64,000 bases of DNA, from positions 21,696 to 85,695 of the forward strand of contig CAYJPF010000001.1 in the NCBI GenBank assembly GCA_964372025.1, given 5' to 3'. The notes beneath the pieces are model-generated. The model did not search any database, was not told where the DNA came from, and saw nothing but the letters and a program-made list of their open reading frames with translations. Position numbers and translations under genes: made by a program. Positions 1 to 9,767 of the stretch are shown one piece after another. Numbering within the stretch: position 1 is the stretch's first letter; each line of letters begins with the position of its first letter. The stretch comes from an uncultured Peptococcaceae bacterium. GTDB taxonomy: Bacteria > Bacillota > Dehalobacteriia > UBA4068.

Positions 1-1607
1 TCTATACCATTCCTAAATCCCTGAATAACTTCCCATAAACTTCTATATATGATTGTATAAGTTACAATCCTTGCAGATGCATCTTTCCAACCAGAAATCA
101 TATCCCTAAAGAAACCTTCATTAACAGATCTTGCCGCTAATGATTGTTGTCTAATAAGACTAATCTGATTCTTATATTCTTTTGCAGATGTTGTCATCTT
201 ATTATAAGTTGTAGCATCGGATTTATGCAAGGCTTCCATATTTCTTAATTCTTTGACATATGCATTTGTACTATTATGCAATTGAGCAATAAGAGTTTGT
301 CGTTCTTTTGTATTTCCCCCAAAAGCACTAGCCTTAGCTTCTTCAGCTACAAGCATTTTCTGCAATGACAATGTTTTTTGTTGCAAAACATTATACTGTC
401 TCAAGGCATCAGCTTTAACTTTATCATTCTGATTACTTTGCTTTGTATTAGCATCATAAGTAATTTCAGCTTCCATTGCTTTGCCTTGATCTATTGTGTT
501 TGTAAAATCTGTGGCAGAAGCGTCCATTTCTTTATTTAGTTTTTCCCTAGATTGTGTGGCTTGATCAATTTCTCTTTTGAGTTGTTCCATATTTTTAATG
601 GACTCTTGGTCATTTTTACCACTAATTTCTATAGTATTTAATTTTTTCTTAGAATCTACAATTTGTCTGGTTAAAGATAAGTATTCTTTAGATTGTGCAT
701 TAGCCTGATTTAAAGATGCTTGTTCTTGATATAATGTCTTTTGGTTATCAGTTTTTGCCATTATATCTTCAGATTTTCGAATTGTTTCAAAAAATCCATA
801 TTGAGATTGAGACAGCTTGCTTTCTAATTTATCTTTTTCTAAAGTAGTAGATGCTATAGTAGATCTCAATCTTTCCATTTCTTGAATTTCAGATTGAGTT
901 CCTGATCCTAAAATTTCTATTTTGTTTAGTTTATTTGTCGCTTGAGCTATTTGATTTACTTTTTTCAAATAGTCATCAGCATCTTTTTTTGCTTGAGAAA
1001 ATTGTTGTGACTCTTTCTTTTCTTGGTATCCAGATGTCGCAACTAAGGCTTTTGATTCTATATTAGAAGCCTCTTGATAAGTTTTAGAAAAATCATATGA
1101 TGATTTTTTCATTTGGGTATCTAACTCTGTCTTAGCTTTTTTTGCAGAATCTATGCTTCTTTCCAACCGCTCAATTTCTGCAATTTCAGATTGAGTGCCA
1201 CTTCCCAATATTGTCAATTTATTAGCACGATTTGTCTCTTGAACTATTCTTCTTGTCAATTTTAAAAATTCATTTGCTTGTTTTGTAGCATTTGCAATAT
1301 TGCTTGTATCGACAATTTTAGCTCCTGTTAAATTCCCTTTGCCATCGTATTTCAAGGCTAATTTCATCTTTTGCAATTCTCCAGTCGCAGACTGAACTTG
1401 CATTTCAAAAGATTTCACATGCCCTTTAGCCTTATCAAACTGAGTATTAACAACATTCATCTGCTTTAAAGCTTGCTCTACATCGATATCTAAATCTACA
1501 CTCTTTAAATGATCATTGACCATCTTATTTATTTTCTCTACAACTTGCCTAGTCTGAGCATCATCAGTTTTTAATCTCAGTAGTGCTTCTAAGCCAGTTT
1601 GTGCCAT
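1..1607 (-). CDS. phage tail tape-measure protein (N-terminal part; CDS runs past the window start)
   Basis: Manual translation from ATG at 1607-1605 (RBS GGAGGGA upstream) stays open to position 1. The product is coiled-coil rich, repeats ILGSGTQSEI-x-E-x-ERL three times and ends with a GWKDASARI..Y motif typical of tape-measure proteins. Confidence 0.6.
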   Translation of the reverse strand, partial: MAQTGLEALLRLKTDDAQTRQVVEKINKMVNDHLKSVDLDIDVEQALKQMNVVNTQFDKAKGHVKSFEMQVQSATGELQKMKLALKYDGKGNLTGAKIVDTSNIANATKQANEFLKLTRRIVQETNRANKLTILGSGTQSEIAEIERLERSIDSAKKAKTELDTQMKKSSYDFSKTYQEASNIESKALVATSGYQEKKESQQFSQAKKDADDYLKKVNQIAQATNKLNKIEILGSGTQSEIQEMERLRSTIASTTLEKDKLESKLSQSQYGFFETIRKSEDIMAKTDNQKTLYQEQASLNQANAQSKEYLSLTRQIVDSKKKLNTIEISGKNDQESIKNMEQLKREIDQATQSREKLNKEMDASATDFTNTIDQGKAMEAEITYDANTKQSNQNDKVKADALRQYNVLQQKTLSLQKMLVAEEAKASAFGGNTKERQTLIAQLHNSTNAYVKELRNMEALHKSDATTYNKMTTSAKEYKNQISLIRQQSLAARSVNEGFFRDMISGWKDASARIVTYTIIYRSLWEVIQGFRNGI

Positions 1608-1637
1608 ATAATCTCCCTCCTTCCTCTAAGTGTTCAA

Positions 1638-2186
1638 TTATATTTTATTCATTTTTTTAAATTTATCCCACTCGTAATGTATAACAGAATCTATATATCT
1701 TTGAGTTTCTTCAACAAAATTTATTCCTTGATATGCAAATAAAGGACTGTTCTGCCCATAATTCACACTAGCTGCAATTTCAGATGCAAAAGGAACTCCA
1801 TCAAAGCCTGCGTGTTGACCCCACTGGTTTGGTTCTGTAGCATAGCTCACTGGTAATTTTCTACCATCTATACCTACACGCCATTCTCCATTAGAATATC
1901 TTCTAACAATTACAGCTCTTGACAATGCTCCACTTCTATGATATTTTTCATATCCTTCTGAACCATCTGATTGCGTTTCATTCAAATTATGTTGCAAAAC
2001 ATCTCTGTTATAAACCATTTCATTGATATATTTTTGCATATACCAGCCAGCCAATTCTCCTAAATATTGTCCAAATTTATCTTGAATTTCAGCTTCTATT
2101 TTTGATAAATCGGCTATGTTTGAAAAAGTTTTGCTCACTCTTATTTTTGGAACAGTAGGAGCTTTTCCAATATCATTTGTATTCAT
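1638..2186 (-). CDS. hypothetical protein (tail module)
   Basis: 182-aa ORF packed against neighbouring genes directly upstream of the tape-measure gene. Confidence 0.45.
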   Translation of the reverse strand: MNTNDIGKAPTVPKIRVSKTFSNIADLSKIEAEIQDKFGQYLGELAGWYMQKYINEMVYNRDVLQHNLNETQSDGSEGYEKYHRSGALSRAVIVRRYSNGEWRVGIDGRKLPVSYATEPNQWGQHAGFDGVPFASEIAASVNYGQNSPLFAYQGINFVEETQRYIDSVIHYEWDKFKKMNKI

Positions 2187-2198
2187 AAAATCGCCTCA

Positions 2199-2810
2199 CT
2201 ATTTTATTATTCTTGGTATTTTGCTTGAATATATTTCATCTCTTAATTTCACCATACTAGGATCGTTCATTTCTAATATATTTGTTATATTTGACAATTT
2301 ATCTGTCTCTATATTTTTAAACATATTTCCTGACGATTCTACAATTTCTTTCAAATTGTCAACATCATATCCATCATTAAATACTTCTGCGATAGATGCA
2401 CATTTAAATTTTAAGGCGTTATCTATCAAATTGCAAGCTAGAATAAAGTCATTATTGCATCTAGCTCTGATATAATCATAAAGACCAGAGTGCAATACTA
2501 CATCATAATTTTCTGCTAATATTTCGCTTGGCTTAATTTGAATATTTGTATAAGAAAATAATATTCCAAACACTTTATGTACTTCTAACATCAATGCCAT
2601 TTCTACAAAATCTTTGTCATCTGAATTTACTATAAAAAATAAATCAGATAAACTTTTTTTAATTGAAACTGAAATATACTTTTCAACTTCAATTTCATTG
2701 TCTAAAAATTCAACAAATTCTTCATGTGAAATCTTTTTATTGATCTTATCCATACATTTAGGATATATATCTAAAAAAGATACTCTTTCAAATTCTACTT
2801 GATTACTCAT
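2199..2810 (-). CDS. hypothetical protein
   Basis: 203-aa ORF in an operon with adjacent genes. Confidence 0.45.
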   Translation of the reverse strand: MSNQVEFERVSFLDIYPKCMDKINKKISHEEFVEFLDNEIEVEKYISVSIKKSLSDLFFIVNSDDKDFVEMALMLEVHKVFGILFSYTNIQIKPSEILAENYDVVLHSGLYDYIRARCNNDFILACNLIDNALKFKCASIAEVFNDGYDVDNLKEIVESSGNMFKNIETDKLSNITNILEMNDPSMVKLRDEIYSSKIPRIIK

Positions 2811-2826
2811 AATTACTCCTTTACTC

Positions 2827-3894
2827 TTAAGAATTACTTAAATAATTTTCTAATTTATCTAAATCTTTCCATTCACGCTCATCATCTCTTAAATCATTGT
2901 AAACTTTATACATCTCAGAACTCTTCCATCCCATGATTGCAATAATCAAATCACTAGACAACCCTAGCCTAGTCAAATGTGTCACAATATAATGTCTGAA
3001 TGCATGAGGGTATAGGTGCACAATTTCTTTATTTTTATTAGTTGGTTCTTCTTCTGACAAATACTTTTGCCAATTCTCAATCCATCTTCGTGAAGTTATA
3101 GTAGATGCTGGTTCTCCATCTTTGGTTATAAATATAAAACCGTGGTCATCCATTCCTTTCTCAATTAAAATTTGCTCACGAATTTCCAACCATTGTTTAT
3201 ATATGGGCATAAATATATCTTTTATAATATACTTATGAGTCTTTTCTCCTTCACGACCTCTACCTTTGGTTTTAATAGGTTTTTTTGTTTTTAAAAATAT
3301 GCCATTAAACCCAACAGAGTCTTCATCAATAATATCAGTAGTAAATCTAAATAACTCACTTATTCTTGCTCCTGATCCAATCATCAACGCTAAAAAGCAA
3401 GCCCACTGAATATTTTTCTTTTCATTAAGTAAATAATCCATAAGATTGTCTACTTGTTCTTCTGACAAGATAGTTTTTTCTCTTGTTGCAACATGGGGAA
3501 TTTTATCTATCTTAGTTATTATATTTTTAAAATCCTTATATTCATCTTCATCATCTAATATATTTACAATGTAGTTACTTAAACTACTTAAAGCACTATG
3601 CATCCTTCTGTATCTCGAACTTCCCCATTGTAATTCGACAACAGCATAGTTGAAAAATTCTGATAATTCTGATTTTTTTATATCTGCAAAAGCTTTGTTT
3701 TCATTGTGCAATACATTCCAACAAAAGAATATATTATAGTCTGATTTATAGTTTTTAACTGAAACACTTGAACTTTTAGTATCAAAAGTTTTCAAGAATT
3801 TATTAATCAATTTTTTATTTGTTGGATTAATTAATTCTATTGTTTCATCACTTGTTATTTTTTTTCTAAATGTTTCTCTTGGCAAATAATTCAC
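2827..3894 (-). CDS. tyrosine site-specific recombinase (phage integrase / XerCD-like)
   Basis: The C-terminal catalytic region has box I arginine (GARISELFRF), HAFRHYIVTHL (HxxR) and the catalytic Tyr in EMYKVY. Confidence 0.7.
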   Translation of the reverse strand: MNYLPRETFRKKITSDETIELINPTNKKLINKFLKTFDTKSSSVSVKNYKSDYNIFFCWNVLHNENKAFADIKKSELSEFFNYAVVELQWGSSRYRRMHSALSSLSNYIVNILDDEDEYKDFKNIITKIDKIPHVATREKTILSEEQVDNLMDYLLNEKKNIQWACFLALMIGSGARISELFRFTTDIIDEDSVGFNGIFLKTKKPIKTKGRGREGEKTHKYIIKDIFMPIYKQWLEIREQILIEKGMDDHGFIFITKDGEPASTITSRRWIENWQKYLSEEEPTNKNKEIVHLYPHAFRHYIVTHLTRLGLSSDLIIAIMGWKSSEMYKVYNDLRDDEREWKDLDKLENYLSNS

Positions 3895-4224
3895 CTACTT
3901 TATATTTATAATTTTAAAATCTTTTTTCCCTATTTTGCCTTCATATTCAACCTCAACATCTTTTGATGTATAAGTTCCTTTAATTTTGATATTTGTTCCA
4001 TCAAAATCAATTATAGTGTTAGATTTTAACTTTGAAACAACTTTGCATCTTTTTTTACTTGTGTCATTTTTTTTCTTTTCTGTTTTCACTGTCTCTTCTG
4101 ATATCTCTGTCTTTTCTATTTTAACATCTTCCGTCTTTTCAACATCAAGATTTATTCTTCTTTCTTTAAAATTATCCATTATTATATTCCTCACTTTCGT
4201 GTTCGATTTGAATTCTACATCCAT
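3895..4224 (-). CDS. hypothetical Lys/Glu-rich protein
   Basis: 109-aa ORF abutting the recombinase start. Confidence 0.35.
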   Translation of the reverse strand: MDVEFKSNTKVRNIIMDNFKERRINLDVEKTEDVKIEKTEISEETVKTEKKKNDTSKKRCKVVSKLKSNTIIDFDGTNIKIKGTYTSKDVEVEYEGKIGKKDFKIINIK

Positions 4225-4396
4225 TTATTTTATATAAAGGAGAACTTACAATCTTGTTTTTATCCCTACAAAATCTTATATATCCACATATGTCATTGGT
4301 TATAATGCATTTTCCTCTCTTTACTGTAGATGTAGAATTGTCTACTAAATACTTGCAGTCTCCATTCATCTCAAATATCACTCCATTTTTTTGCAA
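4172..4396 (-). CDS. hypothetical Cys-rich small protein
   Basis: 74-aa ORF with 6 Cys. It overlaps the downstream ORF by 53 nt, so one of the two may be spurious. Confidence 0.25.
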   Translation of the reverse strand: MQKNGVIFEMNGDCKYLVDNSTSTVKRGKCIITNDICGYIRFCRDKNKIVSSPLYKINGCRIQIEHESEEYNNG

Positions 4397-4460
4397 AAAA
4401 ATAGGAAAACAAAAATGTTTTCCTATTTTAAGCTTATTTTTTATTTATTTTTACTACAAA

Positions 4461-5540
4461 TTATACAACTGTCACTTGGCAAGTTGCAACCAATGCTTCC
4501 ATTGGAGCAGTTCTAGCAAGTGTAGCTGTGATAGTCGCAGTTCCAGCTCCTACAGCAGTTATAACTCCAGTCGCTGACACAGTTGCTACAGCAGCGTCAT
4601 CTGTAACATAAGTTACATCTGCTACATCAGGTCTAAATGGTGTTCCCATTGTTGGTATTACAAGAAGATCAACATTTTCAGTTTTAGCATCTGCAAGCGT
4701 CATTTCGATATCTGAATTTACACATACTAATGCTTTTGCATTACTATATTTTTCAGAACCATAAATTCTTTCTTTTATAGATGCGTATACTGCTGAAGTT
4801 GTACATCCGCCACTTGTTTGGAATGCTAATGCTCTACCAGCAAGTTCAGATTGAGATATTCCAGAACTTGACATTTGCATACCAATTCCGCTTGGGTTTA
4901 ATTGCAGAGATGGAATTTCAATTTCAACTTCACCTATTACAGAAGAAGATTCATCAGCAACTCCAGATTCAGAAGAACCTAATTGTGCTTTCAATACTAA
5001 TCTTCCTACTGATGGAATCATGTTTGCATTTACTTCAATAGTGATAGCAGTTGGGTCAAGAATATTATATGTTACACATACAATTTGATTTTCAACGCCT
5101 GAAGCATAAGTGAAGTCACTTCCTGTGAATTCAATAGATTCTCTTTCAGTGTCTACTCCAACAGTTTCCAATGTTCCTGTAACAACGCTGTTAGTTACAT
5201 ATTTTGAATTTATTGGAAGACCTTGAGTTACAGTTCCAGATCCCCCTACTCCAAGAGTAACTTCTTCTGTTACTTGGAATATATCTCCTACCATTAAGTT
5301 TGCACCAATAGATGGAGCTAACATTTCCATATTGAACTGTTGCTCAGTAAGGTTTACATTTAATTCAGCACTGTGATAGTAAATAAATTGTAGTGAATTA
5401 CCTTTTCCAGCCCTTGCATCTTCATTTTGTATTGTTGCTTCGATACTTGAGTCTACTAAAGTAGTAGATTTAAATATTAAATCTTGGCTATTGCTTTTGT
5501 AAAAATAAGCATCTGCAACAGAAAATAAAAATTTCTTCAT
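4461..5540 (-). CDS. structural protein with C-terminal bacterial Ig-like (Big_2) domain; major tail protein candidate
   Basis: The C-terminus (DVTYVTDDAAVATVSATGVITAVGAGTATITATL) is a Big_2-type Ig fold, common on major tail and capsid-decoration proteins. Strong RBS. Confidence 0.45.
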   Translation of the reverse strand: MKKFLFSVADAYFYKSNSQDLIFKSTTLVDSSIEATIQNEDARAGKGNSLQFIYYHSAELNVNLTEQQFNMEMLAPSIGANLMVGDIFQVTEEVTLGVGGSGTVTQGLPINSKYVTNSVVTGTLETVGVDTERESIEFTGSDFTYASGVENQIVCVTYNILDPTAITIEVNANMIPSVGRLVLKAQLGSSESGVADESSSVIGEVEIEIPSLQLNPSGIGMQMSSSGISQSELAGRALAFQTSGGCTTSAVYASIKERIYGSEKYSNAKALVCVNSDIEMTLADAKTENVDLLVIPTMGTPFRPDVADVTYVTDDAAVATVSATGVITAVGAGTATITATLARTAPMEALVATCQVTVV

Positions 5541-5579
5541 TATTTTTCCTCCTATTTTATTTTAATTTAAGTCTTGGTA

Positions 5580-6377
5580 TCAAATACCTAAATCACTATT
5601 TGACATATTTATTTTTTTCTTAACCTCATCATATGACGTGATGTTTTTACTTACATCTTTATCTATTTTATTCAACCAATGAGGGTATTCGCTTTTCATC
5701 GTTACAAATCCACTTTTGCTTGCGAGTGTATATATCTCATAATGCATTTTGTGGTCTACACGATCCAGTATTTTTCTAAATTTTCTTATTGTCAAATTAT
5801 TAATTGTCTCTTGATTTAAACTTGTCGTTATCATAATTGCAACTATTTGGTCTTCTAATGAACACATATTGTTTTTCCTGCTTGCATTTTGAAGCTGTAT
5901 AGTTTTTTGCAAATTTTTTCTAACAAGAGGATCTAAATCAAAGATACTAATGTCAATATTGTTTTGTTGACACACTATATGTCTTATGTTGTCAAAATCT
6001 TTATGATCGATATCTACATCATTTATTCTTAAAAAATGACGTTTCTTTTCCCCATCATAAAACAATTTTATCTCATTTACTCCATCATTAAAATCAATTC
6101 TCATACATACAGATAATAGTCTAATCAACAAGCTATCCATATATGAGTCTTGGTGTCTATCGTTATAATTAAAAATATAATCCAAGTAAGACATTGTATA
6201 TATTTCATAATTATCTATAGCATCTTCATCATTATATTGATCTAAGGTTAGGCACGCAATAGATATATAAAAATCAAAATAATCTTTTACAGTGACAGGG
6301 TACAATGTGATATCCTTGTATTTTACTGGATTATCAAACGTCAAATCTATCTCTGTTACAAAATTATTTTGAGCCAT
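5580..6377 (-). CDS. hypothetical structural-module protein
   Basis: 265-aa ORF in the structural operon. Confidence 0.4.
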   Translation of the reverse strand: MAQNNFVTEIDLTFDNPVKYKDITLYPVTVKDYFDFYISIACLTLDQYNDEDAIDNYEIYTMSYLDYIFNYNDRHQDSYMDSLLIRLLSVCMRIDFNDGVNEIKLFYDGEKKRHFLRINDVDIDHKDFDNIRHIVCQQNNIDISIFDLDPLVRKNLQKTIQLQNASRKNNMCSLEDQIVAIMITTSLNQETINNLTIRKFRKILDRVDHKMHYEIYTLASKSGFVTMKSEYPHWLNKIDKDVSKNITSYDEVKKKINMSNSDLGI

Positions 6378-6984
6378 TGATTTTACACCCCATAGTCAAT
6401 AAAAATCCTGAATAATTTCGGTTATTATAAACTCCAATACTACCTTTTGTTAAATAATTTCCATTATTATCAAAAAATATTCTCCCAATCGAGCCAACTT
6501 CAGCTCCATTCAGAGTCTCTAAGATTTGTTGAGTTATTGTTTCCACACGATTTTCTGAATTTACATCGGTTTCATTATCTTCATCTCCTAAGTCACTTAC
6601 AATTGGAATACTTTTATTATGAGCAACAATTTCAATTGTATATAATGCTGTTGTAATATCTTTACTTTCAGGTATTAAATTGGACAAAAAGATTCTGATC
6701 ATTGTCGCTTGTTCGGTATTTGCATCATCAATCCATCGCTGTCTAAATACAGCTTTATTTGTCACATCTTCTAAAATCCACTCATTCCCATTGTAGACCC
6801 AACCATTATATATCAATGCTCTTTTTTCATCTATTGTTAAATTTGACTTAGATAAAGCGTCAGGAGTTTGGTATTTTAATAATTTCCAAATTATTTCATT
6901 ATTATACATTAGGTACTCAATGATATTGTTGGAGATATATCTTAAAGGCTTGTGATTATTGTATTGCCCAATATTCTGCTTCAT
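6364..6984 (-). CDS. hypothetical structural-module protein
   Basis: 206-aa ORF whose ends overlap the flanking ORFs, suggesting translational coupling. Confidence 0.4.
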   Translation of the reverse strand: MKQNIGQYNNHKPLRYISNNIIEYLMYNNEIIWKLLKYQTPDALSKSNLTIDEKRALIYNGWVYNGNEWILEDVTNKAVFRQRWIDDANTEQATMIRIFLSNLIPESKDITTALYTIEIVAHNKSIPIVSDLGDEDNETDVNSENRVETITQQILETLNGAEVGSIGRIFFDNNGNYLTKGSIGVYNNRNYSGFLLTMGCKINGSK

Positions 6985-7997
6985 ATAACGCCTCCTAATG
7001 TAAAATTAAAAACACTAACTTCGCTATTAGCTGTGTTGGTGCATTGTATTTGTATATTCTCTTTTGTATATTTTCTATAATTCAAAATTGAAAATTGATT
7101 CTCATTTATAATATTAAAACTATATCTATCTTCTGGGATAGAATTAGGTAGCATCATAAATTCAAATTTATCATCAATTACTATCTCATCTTTATATGCA
7201 TTACAACTATAAATTAAATTCTCTCCCTGTGGAATAATATATTGATTAGGCTTGATTAATGTAACAGTCTTGTTTTCACCAATTGGAACAATTGGAGAAC
7301 TTCCTGTTGTATTATTTTTAAAATCATCCCCAACTTGGATTGTATCTAACTGCATATCTAATTCAATCAGAGGAGAGCCCTCTTCATCAAATGTGTGATC
7401 GCTCAGATAGTTAAGTACAGTTTTAACTCTGTATACCTCACTGTATCCAAGTATGAATCTATTATTGATCTTTATGTCTTTTGTATATTCATTTAATTGT
7501 AGCCAAATCTTAACAGATCCTTGAGGAATATCAACTGAATTATTGTAATATATGTTTCCATATTTCAAACTAGAATCAATAACACAAGGTTCTTTATGTA
7601 GCCCACCACTCTCATCTTGAAAAGTCAAATAATTGTTACAACGTCTTATTATACAATTGTTTGTTGGATGACCATACTCTTCAGTATTTACAGTTAGCCA
7701 AATGTTGTCAAAATATTTATATCTTCGACCCATTTGTGCGTCATACCCAACATTAAAAATTAGACTTTTCCAATCATCAGACAACTTCAACCCTGTAGCT
7801 GGGTTTAGTACATAAGTAACTCTTACTTTCATAGGAGTATATTTTTGTATACCTAATCCTATTTCCTCTTCGATATCAAACCAGTTATATGCATTTTCAT
7901 ATTGTCTATCCACAAATGCTTCCCAATTGCTTTTGTATTTTTCATTAGGAGCTTTTCTGATATTTAAACTTGCTTCAAAGAATTTCAATGAAATCAC
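6981..7997 (-). CDS. hypothetical structural-module protein
   Basis: 338-aa ORF overlapping its neighbours by 4 nt. Confidence 0.4.
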   Translation of the reverse strand: MISLKFFEASLNIRKAPNEKYKSNWEAFVDRQYENAYNWFDIEEEIGLGIQKYTPMKVRVTYVLNPATGLKLSDDWKSLIFNVGYDAQMGRRYKYFDNIWLTVNTEEYGHPTNNCIIRRCNNYLTFQDESGGLHKEPCVIDSSLKYGNIYYNNSVDIPQGSVKIWLQLNEYTKDIKINNRFILGYSEVYRVKTVLNYLSDHTFDEEGSPLIELDMQLDTIQVGDDFKNNTTGSSPIVPIGENKTVTLIKPNQYIIPQGENLIYSCNAYKDEIVIDDKFEFMMLPNSIPEDRYSFNIINENQFSILNYRKYTKENIQIQCTNTANSEVSVFNFTLGGVI

Positions 7998-8335
7998 CTT
8001 CCTTTGAAGTCTTCAGATTTATTTTCGATTAATTTCTCACATATATCAATCAGATGAAACACGTATTGCTTCAATAGATCGTGTTCACTAATTTTAATTT
8101 CAGACAGTCCTTCGACTATATTATAAATTTCAATAAACTCTACAATGTGATCAAAATTACTGGCACAGCCACGAATTTCAACTTTCAATTTATTTAAATT
8201 TTTTAAATAATTATCATAAGCTTCATTTTGCGAGTAAATCACTACCTTATTTATATGATCTCTTCCTTCAAAAGTTGGCAATAAAATGTATATTTTATTA
8301 ATCAATTTCCTACAATATTTTTCTAATACATCCAT
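7994..8335 (-). CDS. hypothetical protein
   Basis: 113-aa ORF in the operon. Confidence 0.4.
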   Translation of the reverse strand: MDVLEKYCRKLINKIYILLPTFEGRDHINKVVIYSQNEAYDNYLKNLNKLKVEIRGCASNFDHIVEFIEIYNIVEGLSEIKISEHDLLKQYVFHLIDICEKLIENKSEDFKGR

Positions 8336-8336
8336 T

Positions 8337-8777
8337 TTATCCCTCCCATTCAGTTAGCCAAGTTGAATTATCATATAAATATTTATTTATATCCAAATCA
8401 GCTTCTTCATTTATCATATTGTAATAATTCATTTTTGCTGTGAGATTTTGAGCTTCTGAATGAGTCTTAAAATCTTTATCATTAAGTTTACCTTGAAATT
8501 GAGTAACATCTTGTATTTTTTTCTTAAACCAATATTTAGCCATAAGTTTAGCCAAGATGGTTTTTTCTAAATCACTCAAATCAAATTCAAACATTTGAGT
8601 TGTATTGTCTCTTTTGCTCAAATCTTTTTTGCAACGACTAAAATCACTAATCGCAAATACAAGAAAGCCCTGAAGATAACTTAAAAATGCATTTTCTGAT
8701 TTTCCATATAATTCATTCAATTCATAATCATCTGAAATCATAGTGAATAAATCGTATATTTCACTATAAGATGTCAT
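8337..8777 (-). CDS. hypothetical protein
   Basis: 146-aa ORF in the operon. Confidence 0.4.
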   Translation of the reverse strand: MTSYSEIYDLFTMISDDYELNELYGKSENAFLSYLQGFLVFAISDFSRCKKDLSKRDNTTQMFEFDLSDLEKTILAKLMAKYWFKKKIQDVTQFQGKLNDKDFKTHSEAQNLTAKMNYYNMINEEADLDINKYLYDNSTWLTEWEG

Positions 8778-8791
8778 TGTCGTCTCCTATC

Positions 8792-9703
8792 TTATGCTTT
8801 TAATAATTCATCAACAGTAGCATCAAAGTTTTGCATCTCATCAACCATTTCCATAACCTTCACACTGCATATTTCATCAACAGTATTTATAACCATACTA
8901 CTGACATTCTTTTCATCTAAGATATCTTTTAATACAATATTTACAATCGCTTTTTGTTGATTTTCAGACAGTTCAAGCATAACTTTTTTAATAGTTGCTA
9001 TATCTTTAGTTAATAAATCTTCAAGTCCTTTTTTGTCAAGAATTTTATTGTAATGATCTGATAATCCCATAACTTTGATAACATCTTTATCGAAAATATA
9101 AAATGCACCATCTTCAGCCAATCTCTGATGATTCACTACAATATTTGATAAATCTGAATATACTATATTGCGAACTTCTCCATAGCCTTGAAATCTAATG
9201 ATTTTGGTACTACCAGAATTTGCTCCTGCATTTAAATTTAATAACTCAGGAGTTAAAGACATTACTCTTATATATTTATCAGGTCTGATATCAATATATT
9301 CATCATGAGTCTCTTCAGAAGTTTTAACATCGACCCCATCTGGTTCGAACTTTGGTGTTTCATCATTTTTTACAGTCATATTAGCCATCATTGCTTTAAA
9401 TTCTTCCATTTGTTTTTCAAAAATTAAGGCTTGACTAGCAAGTTGTTCTTTAAGCAATTCATTTTCTTTGATCATAGAATCGAGAACATCATCTTTTTGA
9501 TTTGAATCTGCTTCAAAATCTGAAAGTTCCTCATTATCTATTTCCTCATTATCTATTTCCTCATTATCTATTTCCTCATTATCTATTTCTTCATTATCTA
9601 TTTCTTGAGCTTCATTTTCAATTGCCGATTGAGGCATTGCAATTTCTGTTGTTTCTTTTGTTTCTTGAACTTTATTTGATTTATTATTTGTCATTTTTCT
9701 CAT
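8792..9703 (-). CDS. hypothetical head-module protein with EEIDN x5 tandem repeat
   Basis: 303-aa ORF. A 15-bp unit is repeated five times at 9526-9600, encoding (EEIDN)5, followed by a coiled-coil region. Confidence 0.4.
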   Translation of the reverse strand: MRKMTNNKSNKVQETKETTEIAMPQSAIENEAQEIDNEEIDNEEIDNEEIDNEEIDNEELSDFEADSNQKDDVLDSMIKENELLKEQLASQALIFEKQMEEFKAMMANMTVKNDETPKFEPDGVDVKTSEETHDEYIDIRPDKYIRVMSLTPELLNLNAGANSGSTKIIRFQGYGEVRNIVYSDLSNIVVNHQRLAEDGAFYIFDKDVIKVMGLSDHYNKILDKKGLEDLLTKDIATIKKVMLELSENQQKAIVNIVLKDILDEKNVSSMVINTVDEICSVKVMEMVDEMQNFDATVDELLKA

Positions 9704-9767
9704 TTCTCATTTCTCCTTAAAAATATAAAAAAAGGTGACTTATAAGAACAAGTCACCTTTGAATAAT

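Noticed and set aside
2116-2475. Numerous short plus-strand ORFs embedded antisense in the large minus-strand genes of 1.6-29.7 kb (for example 2116-2475, 3986-4237, 4781-5041, 11750-12175, 26255-26506)
   Set aside because: They are low-complexity Ser/Phe/Leu-rich translations of AT-rich antisense strands. They lack RBSs and overlap well-supported genes.
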